Positions 47,495 through 62,870 of a stretch of 64,000 nt of DNA are shown here, piece after piece. The position numbers were made by a program, and so were the translations under genes. Positions within the stretch are counted from its first letter, which is position 1, and each line of letters begins with the position of its first letter. The notes beneath the pieces are model-generated. The model was not told where the DNA came from and searched no databases. It saw only the letters and a program-made list of their open reading frames with translations. This stretch comes from the human T2T-CHM13v2.0 reference genome, Homo sapiens. The DNA is taken from assembly GCF_009914755.1 (NCBI RefSeq), contig NC_060926.1; one strand, given 5' to 3'.

Positions 47495-47990
47495 TCTGAG
47501 GCATAATTTACATACAATAACATGTATTTATTTTGATGTACAATTTGATGGATTTTGGTCATTGTATGCAGTCAAGTAAACGTCCTTACACTGAAGCTAT
47601 AAAATAGTGCCATCACCCTAAAACATTTCCTCATGTCCTTTTGCAATCAACTCCTCACTTCCATTCTCAACCTCAGGTAACCACTCATCTGTTTTTGATC
47701 ACTATAGTTTGGTCATTTCTAGAATTCCATATACATGGAAACGTAAATTATATAGTTTTTTACATTCGATTTCTTTCACTTAGCATACTTTTTGTGATTG
47801 ACTCATGTTAAGTGTAATAATATTTTGTTTATTTTTATTGCTAGTAATGTTTCATGGTATGAATATATCACAGTTTGTCTATTCACTAGCTGATAGACAT
47901 TTGGGTTGTTTTAATTTTTGGCTTTAGGAATACTGTTGCTATAAACACTTGATTGCAAGCTTTCGTGTGAACTTACTCTCCTTACAGGGC
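47495..47990 (-). mobile_element. Old L1M 3' end, antisense, preceded by a CT-rich tract
   Basis: gaggcataatttacatacaataa...ccatcaccctaaaacatttcctcatgtcc...ttctagaattccatatacatggaa...gatagacatttgggttgttt. Confidence 0.8.
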
Positions 47991-48039
47991 TTAGTGTGCC
48001 CAGAAAAAGGACACTGGGTTACAATGGGAAGTATAGCAC

Positions 48040-48414
48040 ATCAGAGCATCTAAGTTGTGTCTTCTCCTTGCCTCTAGTGATGATAATGAGAGTAATAAAG
48101 CCGACTTTCATTTATCTAGCCTGTTTCCTCCTCTCAGAGAGGCTGCTTTCACAGCCCCCACTGTCCCCAAAGAGTCAGGTTAGCTTGTCCCCATCTCATC
48201 ACTGGTTCATTGAGCTGTGGTAGACACCTGCCTCAAACTGGACCAAATGGATTTTCTACCCTGAGAACGTGAAATTCAGAAACAGGGTCTTTTAAAATTA
48301 ATTATGTATGCTTAAACTAGAGGTAAGATAGACTTAGCTAGGATGGGCAATTTGAGTCGAATACCAAGACAACCGACATCTCCAGTGTGAGGAAAGAGAC
48401 AGCGAGAGTGAGAA

Positions 48415-48446
<32 letters not shown>

Positions 48447-48680
48447 TGAAACTGCAGATAAGCAATGAAATCCAGAAATAAGAGACTAGATTTCAAGACA
48501 GAGAAGTGAGCTATATTTATTTCACCCTCTTTCAGTACTGTAAGATGCCACAAAATCCTTTAAACTCTGTGGTTTTGCCAGATGCTCTGAAAGTGTTCCA
48601 GGGAACTCTCTCTTTGGTTTGAACTAGGTTCAGCAGGCTTTTGTTTCTGACAAATAAAATAACCAAATAATCCCTGACTG
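48040..48680. mobile_element. Old MLT1-like MaLR LTR with internal GA repeat
   Basis: Recalled MLT1 features: ctggaccaaatggattttc, gaactaggttcagcaggcttttgtttc. Confidence 0.45.
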
Positions 48681-49720
48681 AGACAAATCATAATTGTTAT
48701 GAAGATTTGTTGAATCCTAACTACCTACCTACTTTAATAATAATTCTATTAATCCTTTCTTACATCGGATCACCAAAACAACCCTGTAAGGAAGGATTTT
48801 TCTTTGAAGGAACTGAACTAAGAAATGAGTTCAGTTAGTCGAGAAATTAAATAATTTGTATAAGGTTACATGTTTGGAGGGTAGCAGGCCTGGAGACTAA
48901 ATTCTGAACTGCTTTTCCCCAAGGTCTCTGATGGAAATAGCAGTCCCATGCTGGACCCTGGGTGTGACATGAAGGAGACAGCGTAGGGCTCCATACAGCT
49001 CCCCCAGCTTGGTGATCTCTCTTTATATATCTAAGAAAGTGAGTGGAGTAATAGGCATTGAGAGGGCTCCTGTCTATGGACTCCACTTTCTCTGTGAATC
49101 TAGATTATTTGCTGTTAATAAGGGAAGATTTGATAGTGTTGGATATTTGAAGGAAGTCATTTGTGAATGCTATCAGATGCCAATTTGGAAATGCAGAAAG
49201 ATTATAAGCCAGTATGGTCCTATAAGGACTATATTTCATGTAAGTAAAGTTGAGAGAAATAGAGACATTTCCCTCTTAAATGTTTGCCTGTTGGTTTGTT
49301 TTTACATTCATTTTGTGGAGGAAACACATGACTTTAAAAAAATGTAAACTATTTCTGTTTCTTCTTATGAGTGAATCGTGGTGGGAAAGACTTCATGGAC
49401 AGAGTGAAAATGAAAGAAATGCTTTCTAAAGCAAAACACAGAAAAGGAGAAAGCTGGCTAGGAGGTGATAAGGAATATGAAAAGACTCCAGGAGTTATAA
49501 GAGAGAACTCAGAAGTTACAGTGATTCCCCTGCCTGGTGGGCTTCAGAAGCATTTGTAGAATGAGTGCAGCATAAGTTTTAGTCATGCAATTTGGATGTG
49601 AATAGAGACTTTGCACTATCTGGCCTTTCACCACTTCCTTTTCTTTTCTCAACTTGGGCCTTCTCATCAGAAACTGAGGATTGTTACACCTCACAGGCTA
49701 GTTGTATCAACTAAATGGGC

Positions 49721-50038
49721 TGTCCAGGAGTGGTGGCTCATGCCTGTAATCCCAGCACTTTGGGAGGCCAAGGTGGGTGGATCACGAGGTAAGGAGTTTG
49801 AGCCCAGCCTGACCAACATGGCGAAAACCTGTCTCTACTAAAAATACAAAAATTAGCTGGGCATGGTTGTGTGTGCCAGTAATCCCAGCTACTCAGGAGG
49901 CTGAGGCAGGAGAATTGCTTGAACCCGGGAGGCAGAGGTTGCAGTGAGCAAGACTGCGCCATTGCACTCCAGCCTGGGTGACAGAGCAAGACTCTGTCTC
50001 AAAAAAACAAAACAAAAAAACAAAAAACAAACAAAAAA
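49721..50038 (+). mobile_element. AluS inserted in a MIR
   Basis: Full dimer; CAAA tail; TSD ctaaatggg. Confidence 0.95.
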
Positions 50039-52519
50039 CCTAAATGGGTTAATGCAAGTAAAATACTAAGCCTGCTGATATAGAGCAGGTGCTCAATAAA
50101 TGTCAGGTTTCCTATCACCACTTCATACTGTTCTTTGAGACATTCATTGGTTTTTCAACTGTTTGCCTTTAGGAGGATTTCTTCTGGTCTGGACAATCGA
50201 AGAGGTTCACAGTGATGCACGTCATTTCCTGGCCTACAGTGAAGTGACAATTGTACACTCAAACACAAATCTAGATGTAAATATCACAGACTTATTTGTA
50301 GTTATTAATTTAAATTGGTTAAAACACCTTCTTAGTTACAGATACCAAAGAGCTTAAGTATGTGGTTTAAAGCATTAGACGCAAAAGGTATTACAGACGC
50401 ATTCAGGGATGATGGGTATCCCCGGATCCTAAGGCCTAGTGAATGGTCTCTTCTGTAGAAGACAGAGAGGATAAGAGTGGGGACTAACAATTCAATCTTA
50501 TACCAAAGATAAATAAGTATGTATAGATATCAACATAGGTATATAGGTATAGATAAATAGGTATAAATATATATGGATATAGTTCTAAAGCATACTACTT
50601 TACACTCTGCATACAAAATATATTAGTTGATAGCTTTTTATATTTAGCCTTGAATATTCTTTTGTGCAGAGAGACTTTATAAAATCAATGTGACTCCAAG
50701 AAAGTATTAGCAGGAATTCAGGCCCTGAGAAAGACAAGCTTATGGAGCAGGTAAAAAGTTTCATAATTGGGTCCTCCAGTGTTGTGCTAAATACAGACAG
50801 AACTGTCAGAGTAGGCTTTTGACATTTGCCCATTTATTCTTGCACTAAAATGAGCAATTTAAAAACGGTTGGAAAGAAATCAGTGGCTATTTTTGAACAC
50901 CATCCTCTGAAAGTACAGCAGATAAAAACAAAACAGAACAAATATATGGAAAAATATGTAGCTGATATCAGGGAAGCCCAAAAACCACCTTAGAGTTACA
51001 CATTTTCCAAGATCTCAACTGAGCTTCTGAACCACTCCCAGTCAAATCAAACTCGATTATTTGTAAAGATGCTGTCTAATGATCAGTAGAAAGTGAAGAC
51101 ACACAGGATATGTCTCCATCAGCTCTTAACACACGTTGGCTCCCAAACCTTACAATAGCTCAAACTTCTCCTGCAAGTTTGATCCACAAAGTGATCCTGA
51201 ACTAACACGAGCAGCCCAGGCATGATGGCATCACCCCAGCACAGAACACTTCCTCCAGGCATACATTGTCTGTGAGCTTCAAATTGCTTCTTGTCCTGTA
51301 TTGTTTCCAGATGATGAGTTTTCCATAAATGTTGTCTCTTGCTAGAAAATGTTATATTCCAGCATCTACCTTTAAAGGCAACTATCAAAACAATCATCTT
51401 TAAAGATCTGCAGATGCCTGTGGAGATGAGACTCATAATTACTCTGATGAAATTGTTGTCTTTGAACATAGCAATGAAGAGTTATTTTTATTTGGGAAAA
51501 AGTGTAGAAATAAGAAAATAGCATAGTAAGGCTGCTCTTGACTTTCGTACAGCTTCAGCCTTTTCATGAAACATAACTCAGATGATCTTCTTCTGAATTA
51601 GTGAACCCTGATGTTAGTTATATAACCAGGGGACCACGGTGTCAGCCTTGTTATTTTAAGGGTCTTTTCCAGTCTGCAAGACCCAACCAATTTCCTTCAC
51701 CTTTCACATGTGGACTTCTCATTGTTACTAAACTAACCATCCCTTCCTGCTCATCTCTACACATACTTTAGGACTTATTGATTTCATGGACGTTCATTTG
51801 TCTCACAAACTTGGTGATATAGAAACTGCATTTTCTGCTTTGGTGCACCCCTTAGAGAGCCTAGTGTGGTTCAGACAAACCTGATGAGATGCACAACTTG
51901 GAGGTCTCGATTTTCTCATCTGTAAAACTGGGCAAGTTGTTATAAGGATTGTGATACTATACAGGAAAGTGCTAAATACCGCAGGCACAGATGAAAGGAA
52001 ATCTTTCCCTCTCCTGGCACAATGCTACGGATGCAAACAAACACATTGTTTTACCTTTACATATCATGAGTTACCCAGAGTTTTCTCGTTCATGTATGAA
52101 GGGAGTACTAATTCGTCATCACCAAAGCATGAGCATATTTAGAACTGGATTTTGAGTTTTGTAAAGATGTGTAAACTTCCCAGGTGCCAGTAGCAGGCCT
52201 GTGTAGATGTTGTCCTCATCAAGGATCAGGGACTGCTTGTTGTCACGTTCCTGTTGAGGAATGCCTGCACCTCTGACCAGCCTCAAACACTGCTGTAGAG
52301 GAAAGATTAGAAATATAAATTATGTAAAATGCAGATCATTGACTGAACATTTGACTGTTCAAGGAGTTGCATTTTACTGCTTGGAATACCTTTTAAAGTG
52401 AAGGAGAAGAAAAGGAGGAAGGGGGAGGGAAGGGAGGAGAAAAAGAAGAGGAGGAAGTTGAGAAGAGGGAAAGTTGCTCCATAATTTACAAGGCTCTTTT
52501 TTTCACAGTGGGATTATTA

Positions 52520-52940
<421 letters not shown>

Positions 52941-55387
52941 GAAACTAGAGCTTTACGAGACCAAATATATCTGAATATCTGAGGCTTTAGAAAAACAGAA
53001 GAAAGGAAGGAAGGGAGGAAAAAGAAAGAAAGAAAGAAAGAAAGAAGAAACAGACAAAATAAAAGCTTTGGAATTGCTATAGAAAGGATTAGATTAGATG
53101 ACTAGCTAAGACCTTTTCTCGTGTCTGTATTTGGGGAAGAGAAGGCATGAATTTCCCCTTTTAGTTAGGTAAACGTATTTTTATATTGAGAACCTCTTGC
53201 ATAAGGACAGGTGAATTAATATACTCATTGAAAATGAAATGACTTCAGAGCTCAAAAAGATCTTGAGAATATCTGGCGCAGTGTTTTTGAAACTTTTAAG
53301 AAATCAGCATAATTATTCCCCCAATTTATATTTCAGTTAAGTAAAATTGACTCTAAGTGCATAAAATACGGGAAACCTGGCTACTAGGGTTTGAATCGAA
53401 AGCAGGGTTTGTGTTATCCAAGGCATCTTTCCTCCCCTTCGCTGTCCTTCTCTTTCTCCAAGGTTAAGTCTGAGGAGTTTTCTAGAAAACCTCAAATTCA
53501 GTGGAACACATTCTACCTCCATCATAATGTGAAAAGAATCTGTGGTCTAATCTGATGAAATAATTTGCTCGTGGCTAGCTGATAAAAAGCACTTGTAGCT
53601 AACACATATTGAGTGATGAACCTGGACTAGATGCATGAAGTACCTAATCTCCCCACCAACCCTGTGATGTACACACTCTTATGACACTAATTTTATAGAG
53701 AAGGAAACTGATTTCAGAGAGCTTAAGTGATTAGAAGCAAATCCATGACTAGACCTTGGTGTCCTTAACCCTCAGGGCAATGCTTTGGCACTCTACAATC
53801 TTACCTCCTAGAAACACCTTCAAAACCACCCTATGATTAGAACTGAATTTTAGCATCTACAAAAATTCACAGTTCACTTTTAGTTCTCTATTTTCCTGGG
53901 TTCTTCCCAGGAATTTAAGTTATTTTGAGACCAGAGAAGCTTAAGGCATTGACATTCCACATGCCCTCAGGATTTAACTTAAGCTCCAGGCTGTTTCAAT
54001 ACCAAAGATTTTGCCTCAAACTTTGCCACCACTGAGAACTTGGGGATGTGAAAACCACTGAGGCAGCAATGGCAAAGAGAAGAGTGGGAAAGGCCTTTCC
54101 AGGATCCATGTGCAGAATTAGATTTGTGTACCACCTGTGATAACTGGGAAAGATCTTTTTTTTCTGTTTTTTTTTTTTGTTCCTTTTTTTTTCCACGTTG
54201 GAGGCAGGAATAAAGCAGGTGAGGGTTCCATCAGAGTATCTGCCCTAATTTCCTGTAACAGCAACAGGAGTTACCCATTACTCCTATTGCCAATAGATAT
54301 CATGGCTTCACTCCTAAACCATACTCAGAGCATTCACTTGTTGATGTTAGTAAGGAAAAGCAAGTTGTGCATAAGCAGTAGTATACAGCATGCTTCAGTA
54401 CAGTTTGTAGCTATTTGCTTAACTGAAATCTAGGTACAAGCCTCTTCAAATAACAGATCTTCTTTTTCTGTATGTTCCTTAAAGAGAAAGAGGAAAGAGA
54501 AAAGAAACATGCCTGGAGTGAGCATTTATCACTAAGACAATTTCCAATTTCATCTCACGATCAGGTTTACTTCCCAATATTCTACAACCGTACCATTTTA
54601 TCATGGGCATAAACATTGAGAATAATGACTCTTGTGTCTTTTCAGAGCCTAATTTGTGATGAGAGAATTTTAATGTTGGAAACAAACTTTAAAGGTACCG
54701 AAGTCCAGACGTCTAATATACCCTAGAATCTCTCTGCAGCTCGTTGGCAACAGACATCTGGCCCAGCTGTGATGCTCTAATAAGTCCAGGCAAGAGGACC
54801 ATAGCACTTTAGAAAGACATGAAGCTTACTGAAGATATGACTTACAAATAGAGCTTTTGGTACAGTGCAGTCTGAAACTGATTTTCCTAAAAATAAAATG
54901 CTCACGTAGGTCTCAAATAAAGGTGCCTCGCTCCTCAGATAGATAGAAAATAGTACAACACCCAACCTAAATAGTCAAAATAAAAATATTGTGTATCCAA
55001 AAAAAAGTTTTAGAAATGTATTTAGTTACCACTTGGAGCCAGAGGTAGTTGCCAACCCAATTTCATTATAAGTGAAATTTCTAGGGTATTAAAAATGGCT
55101 CTCCTCTTCTTCTTCCTCTCCCTTTTCCTTCTTCTTTTTCTGTTGATTTTTTATCATTTAATTTTGATCCACAATTCTGTATAACATCTACATCTCATAT
55201 CAACCTTTTTTTTTTCTAGAATTATTCTACTCCCTGGGTCAGTCCCCAAGATGTTTCACTTCATTATGGATCTCCTTAGCGCTGGTGCTAAGGTTAAAAC
55301 ATTAATTCTCCGCATGCTGAGAGTTACTTAGCTCCATGGTGAAGTCTCTATCTGCCAAAAGTCTCTGTTCAAATAAATATGTAACTG

Positions 55388-55570
55388 GTGATTCTACAGC
55401 ATGCATTAGAATCATGCAGAGGGTTTGTTAAAACACAGCCTGCTGGGCCCCACCCTCCTAAGTCTCTGATTCAGTGGATCTGAGGGAGCCCAAGAATTTG
55501 CATTTTTAGCATCTTCCCAGGTGCTGCAGATGTTACTGGCTCAGCAACAACACTTAGAACAACTGTTCTA
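55388..55570. mobile_element. MER5A
   Basis: gcattagaatca...ttgttaaaacacag...tgctgggccccacc...ctgattcagtgg...agaatttgcattt...ttcccaggtg. Confidence 0.85.
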
Positions 55571-56498
55571 GAAAGAGAGTCCCTAGAACTGTTGCATTCT
55601 AGTTAAAGATGGTGGGAATGGGAGGAAGACATTGCTCTATACCAGGCTGTTATGGGCAAATTCGGGAGATAATTGTGATGAGGTTGAAAGGTTTGAATTT
55701 AATCTCCAAATTTCAGTCAGAGAGTAAGATTCATTAAGGCTTTTTTCCATCCCCCTGCAAAGTCCATTCTTCCAGCCAGCTCTTGCTCCAGCCCTGCTGT
55801 GATGAGACTCTGCTGTTTTCTGTTTTAGCTACTTCTGCAGCTCTCCCAACCCTGGAAAAGATGAAGAAAGATGATGATTTTGTTCTCAGCTCTTAGTCTT
55901 TAGCCTTTGGACAGCCATCAAAAGTACATTTTAAGGAAAAGGGGGAAAATATGTCTACTAGGAGAAATGCCTTGTATTAGACTATTATATCAGTGATTTG
56001 CTTTTACTTAATGTAGTATTGAGGAGAAAATGCCTCTCTTTTATTATTCAAATGGTTTGCTTTTACTTTACCAAATTACAAGAAAGCATACCAAATGCAG
56101 GCTTCTAAATAGTTTAAACTGGTTTACCACATTAAACTCAAAAGAGAGTATTTCATTAAAAAATATAAATGGACTGGAGCTGTTTTCTGACAATACACTG
56201 TTGGGCTTTTTTTAAACTTCTACTTTTGTTTTATGAACCGAACTACTGGTGTTTAATACTCAAAGATGCTCAGCTTTTAGGTAATATTTGTTGTAGGAAT
56301 TCTTAAAAGCCACAGATACTGCTAATGGGGAAAAAACAACTTTTCTTATGTTGAGGTTATAGCAACTTTGGTGGATAACAGTTAATACAATTAGTTTTCC
56401 ATCAGTTTCTCTAAATGCATTTTTTTTTTCTAACTAACTTTAGGGTATTCTGTATCCTTGGCATTGATTTAGTGAGATCTTCATTACATGGCATTTCA

Positions 56499-56965
<467 letters not shown>

Positions 56966-57464
56966 TTAAGGAAGTGTGTAAGACATTTTACTCATATTTT
57001 TATTACCAGTTTACATTATGGTTTCTAAGGCCATTATGTGAATCCAAATACCATCTTGAAATGAAAACACATTAAGCTATTTTTAATCTGCAAATTATTT
57101 GATCAGCTGCCTCAGATACATGAAGAATCTGATGGCAAGGGCACAGAATAGCTAAAGTTTAACGGGAAAGCTGGTACTATCCAAGTCAGTGAGGTGAACA
57201 CCCAGCTGCAGAGCGGAGGCTCAGAAATGGTGAGTGCCAAGATGAATCAAGCCACAAAAGGAATGTGGAGGACCTCTGAGGTTTAGCTTCATATATTGGG
57301 CAATGTTTCTATAGGCAGTCATTGGCCTTTCGTCTTCGTCTTCTGCACTGATTCAGTCATTTCATTTGTAGAGTCTTCCTCAACATATTGTTTAAAAAAA
57401 TTCAAGATTTTTCAAATTTGGTTTTAGGATTTCAAAAACAATCAGGACTAGTATGAGCTATTCA

Positions 57465-57771
57465 TTTTTTTTTTTTTTTTTTTTTTTTTTTAGATAGAGT
57501 CCTGCTCTATCACCCAGGCTGGAATGCAGTGGCCAATTTCAGTTTACTGCAACCTCTGCCTCCCAGGTTCAGGTGATTCTCCTGCCTCAACATCCTGAAT
57601 AGTTGGGATTATAGGTACCCACCACCACGCCTGGCTAATTTTTGTGTTTTTAGTAGAGATGGTGTTTTGCCATGTTGGCCAGGCTGGTCTCAAACTCCCG
57701 GCCTCAGGTAGTCCACCTGCCTCGGCCTCCCAACGTGCTAGGATTACAGGCATGAGCCACCGTGCAGGGCC
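57465..57771 (-). mobile_element. AluS
   Basis: Antisense dimer with long poly(T); TSD ctattcatt. Confidence 0.95.
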
Positions 57772-58009
57772 TATTCATTGTTTTTTTGTTAATTCTCTAA
57801 GGATTAACTTTTGGGCCATGTTGGACTGACAGATTCTGTCCTTTGCTCTGCTTATGTTTTCCCTTCTATTTTCAGGTAGTGATTAAGACTGTGAAGACAG
57901 AAGGTCTGAATTAGCAATTTTTCAGGCAGCTGACTTAATAATTTAGACTAAAATTCGTTCCAGGATGCTTGCTCACCTCCTGCATGTGGTGTCCTAGAAA
58001 GCCTCTTGT

Positions 58010-58162
58010 TTCTCCAGCTGTCCTCCCCGGCAGCATTGGCATCACCTGGGAGATTGCTAGAGATGCAGATCCCAGGCCCTCGCAGATCCATGGAGTCATC
58101 ACCTGCATTTTAGCAAGAGTTCCAGGTGATTCGTGTGCACATTACAGTTTGAAAAATATTGG
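58010..58162. mobile_element. MER5A
   Basis: gcagcattggcatcacctgggag...tagagatgcaga...ctgcattttagcaag...ccaggtgattcgtgtgcacattacagtttga. Confidence 0.8.
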
Positions 58163-60643
58163 TAAATATTATGGTCATCATAGCGGGTTATCCAACTACT
58201 GGTTTTAGCTCTGCCACTATCTAATTGTGTGACCCTTTGCCAGTCAGCTCAGCTTTTCAAACTGTGTTTCATGGAGCTGTATCCATTCAGTTTATTACTC
58301 AGAGGCTGGGTAGTAAGGTCAGCAGCTCCCATCTGAGCCCTGAGCGACTCCAGTTTTATTAGTTTTTATCTGTTAGGCTTTAACTTAAGACACTGTTTGA
58401 AGAAAAGGTTTGCCTGTGAAAGAGATCGAAGGCCTACTGTCTCTGATGAGTCTTAAAGTCATTTCCTGATCTGAATTTTCTATGATTATAATATCATTCA
58501 TTGATAGGAATTGTTTCCTTAGCGAAAAGGAAAAATCTCTTCATTTCTATACATGTGGCAGGTTGACATTTGTCAGGTACTGAGGCTGACAGACAGTTTA
58601 GCTACCTTTAGGAGGTTCCTTGATCAAAATAGAGAAACTTTGCCAGCCACTGAACTTCTCACTGTTTTCCTCATCTTAGCGACTTAATCCAGGCCTCACC
58701 CCATCTGTCACTACAGAAGAACTGTTTACGAGACCTCACTTTACTAGCTTTTATTTATTTTATCAGTGTTGGTTATTTGGGAGCAAACTGACCCTGAGCT
58801 ATCCTTTGGCCAGTGCCATTCACTTTGCATACATTGATCTAAAAAGGCAATTGGGTTCCGAGGTCTGAGATACCCAATGATATTCTACATGTGACAAAGA
58901 CATTTCCAGTCCTGCACACCCTGGTAACCTAAAGAAGGCCAAGCATCTCAATTAATTTTCAGTTGACAGTTTCTGCAGCTGAGTCCCCAAGTCAGAGTCC
59001 CTAAACAAAATTGTTTGCATTCTATAGGAAAATAGGACACATTATTAGCCCAGTTCTAAATCCAGTTCCATCTTTCCTCAAACAACAGCAAATGTTCTTC
59101 TCAGATTCATAGCATGGAGCATCATCCACTTTTAATGTTTTCCATCCACATAGCTGCATTGCCCTGTTACTTATTTACAAATTTATTGGCTTTAGATGGC
59201 ATATTTTCTCCAAAGAACTCAGGCAGTTGAATGAGTTGTTTTAGAAGTCTACAAAATATACCCTTACTCATTCACCTGTGGGATTTACATGAGGTTATTT
59301 CACATTCCTCTTCATGTATTGCGATGGGGTTGTTATAAAGATACTCACACCTTTAAATCTTCCCAGTAGCACGTATATTCTGCTTTCAAACACAACAACC
59401 AAGAAAAAAGAAAATTCTACTGAAACAACTGACCAATCTTCTTTCCTTAGAAAAATCAATCTCATCAGTAGCTCATGAAATTCAATTTCCCTGGTCAGGA
59501 ACAAAGCAGATAATCATCCCCTAATAATATTTATGGATGATAGAAATGCAGAGCAAATAAAATTAGCCTCTAAAACTATCATCAAGTTCCTTGAAACTTT
59601 TTTCTTTATCTCAAGGGGATTTATGGAGTAATGGTAAGTGTGTTTTTCTCCATTTCTATTTAGGCCAACACACATCAGAGGCACTCAATAGATATCTGGT
59701 GAATGAATGAGGAGTGAGTAAATGAATAAAGTAAAATACAGATGACCCTCAATTTGGACATAATGCATTCCTAGAGACTGCTTCATAAAGGATATTGCTT
59801 AAAGGCAAAACACCGACTGCAAGAATGCCACCACTTTTGTCTGTAAAATTCATTACAAATTGACAGCAGATAAAGTAGCATATATATCTCTTCATTAGGT
59901 AACAGCAAATAAATGGAAAGGCAAAAGAGGGCCACAATGAAGCATGAACAATGTATAGAATTCTAGTAAAAGATGATTGCATAAGGACATTTTTACCTTG
60001 CTTCTCTTTATGAAAGTGTCCATCAATATGAAGAAAAAGAAGGGAAGAACCACCATCTTCTCCATGACAGCATGCCTAAAGCTAGTCTAATCTTCTCTCT
60101 GTCTTGAAAGGTTTTATGGATCCTGTGAGTCTGCTTATCACAGTCATTTGAAGAGAGAAACAACAACTGCCAATCATGAAACAGAGGATGTGTGAGATAT
60201 GGGCTTGCTGTGAACCAAGATGATCCAAAGGGGATGCTGAAAGCTTAGCAGAACCAAATACTCAAATAGAAAAAATGTGGCTGATTTGCTTCAACAGCTT
60301 TCCGAGATAATATACCAAAGTGGAAACTGATAGCTTCTCCAGATCATACTTGCTCATTCTGTCCCCGATTCTTGGGCAGAACTCTGGTCTAGAGAGAACT
60401 TTCCTTATTCCAAGAAGCACCGTGAGCAGAAGACCTAAAACAAGACCCATAGAGTAAAGGGACATGGGAAACAAAATGGCAAATCTGACATCAGAAAAAA
60501 ATGAAGAAGAAAATAAATAAAAAATATAGCCTTCATACTTTTAAGTAAAATGAATGTAAGCTAGTTGCAAAAGACATAAAATTAATAAAAGATAACAACT
60601 TAATAAAAGATATCAAATCTAATCTGTCTCTCTCACATGCACA

Positions 60644-60644
<1 letters not shown>

Positions 60645-60685
<41 letters not shown>
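60645..60685. repeat. (AC)20 microsatellite
   Basis: Uninterrupted AC run. Confidence 0.97.
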
Positions 60686-60687
<2 letters not shown>

Positions 60688-61082
60688 GTGTTGAAAGGAT
60701 AATCAGGCAGGCCGATTTTAAGAAATAAATGTAAAAATAAAGTCATCAAAAACTGTCACCGCATTAAGAACCTAAAGGATTAAGAAAGACAACATAGAAA
60801 ATAGCATCCATGAGCATAGAAGGCTTGAAATAATCACAGAAAAAGAAATGAAACAAAAAAATTAGAAAGCGATTAGATACAATTTTATAGATATGGAAGT
60901 CAGACATAGAAGATACAAATTATGATATAAATTATAGTCTAAAAAGAGAAAAATATAACACAGGAAAATTTAAAATATTTGTTAAAATAACATCTCCTGA
61001 AATCAACTAAAACCAGAATCTTAATGTTAAAAAAAGGTCTATTGTGTTTTAGGAAAATTTTATGTGAAACATCTCCTGATGA

Positions 61083-61679
<597 letters not shown>

Positions 61680-62059
61680 TATCCAAGGTTTTTATACCCA
61701 GTCAAGCTGTTCTTCAATGTAAAGGCTATATACTAATAAGCAATCTAGGCTATAACACCCATGATCCTTCAAAAAACAAACAAACAAAAAAACCAGCTGA
61801 TGAAAGAACCTAACCATAGAAGATAAATCAAAGAACTCTGGGTTAGAGAACTCATTGAATTGGTATTGAATCTATATATACTTAGAGATAGGACTAAAAA
61901 AACACTCTGGGAATTATGATAATAGAAATATAAATATTACAAATGTATTACTGCATCTTTATATTTTATTTTTCAATAATTATATAATCAGCAACTCGGG
62001 GAAGCAGTTAAGACTTTAAGTTTGGGGAGAAATGATGCCTCTGATTGGTCTTTTTGGGG

Positions 62060-62417
62060 TGTATTAATCCATTCTTAAGCTGCTGATAAAGACATAACAG
62101 ACTGGGCAATTTACAAAATAAAGAGAGGTTTAATAGACTTACAGTTCCACGTGGCTGGGGAGGCCTCACAATCACGGCAGAAGGCAAGGAGGAGCAAGTC
62201 ACGTCTTACATGGATGGCAGCAGGCAAAGAGAGAGAACTTGTGCAGGGAAACTCCTCTTTGTAAAACTGTCAGATCTCCTGAGACCCATTCACTCTCATG
62301 AGAACAGCATGGAAAAAACTTGCCACCATGATTCAATTACCTCCCGCTGAGTTCCTCCTACAACACATGGGATTTCAAGATGAGATTTGAGTAGGCACAT
62401 GCAGCCAAACCATATTG
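62060..62417 (-). mobile_element. THE1 (THE1B-like) MaLR solo LTR
   Basis: gctgctgataaagacata...acttacagttccacgtggctggggaggcctcacaatcacggcagaaggcaaggaggagcaagtcacgtcttacatgg...cagccaaaccatat. Confidence 0.93.
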
Positions 62418-62421
62418 GGGG

Positions 62422-62870
62422 TGTCTTAGGTTAGGTTCTCTCGAAACAGATCCTGAGACAGGAATTTGGGTACCATGGTTATTGAGTGAGTGCTCCTTAG
62501 AGGAAGGATGTGGATAAACAGGATGGGGAGACGTTAAATGAAGATGTGGTCTCAGCTTGAGTCCAGCTTCAGTCTGATCCCATAGAGAGTTCTGGAGCAT
62601 AAATTGAACCACAGTGCTAGCCCCATTTTGAGGTGAGGGGCTGGACTTTTGTTCCCTCCTTTCAATCAGTCATTGACTGCAGGCTGTTCAATAGGGAAGG
62701 GATAAATAGGGGTGTAACTTTAGAGCTAGATGGCTCGACTTCCATGCTGGGTAATTCCCTGAAAAAGAGACAGCTGGGGGCTTTAGCACCAGCACCCACA
62801 GCAGCAGGGGTCTGGGTGCATCAGTCTGTGAAAGCGAATCTTGGCAGTTTCCCAATGGTGTCTCCTGTAG
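62422..62870 (-). mobile_element. ERVL LTR (LTR33/LTR16-like)
   Basis: tgtcttaggttaggttc...cagatcctgagacaggaatttg...gaagatgtggtctcagct...tcagtcattgactgcaggctg. Confidence 0.55.
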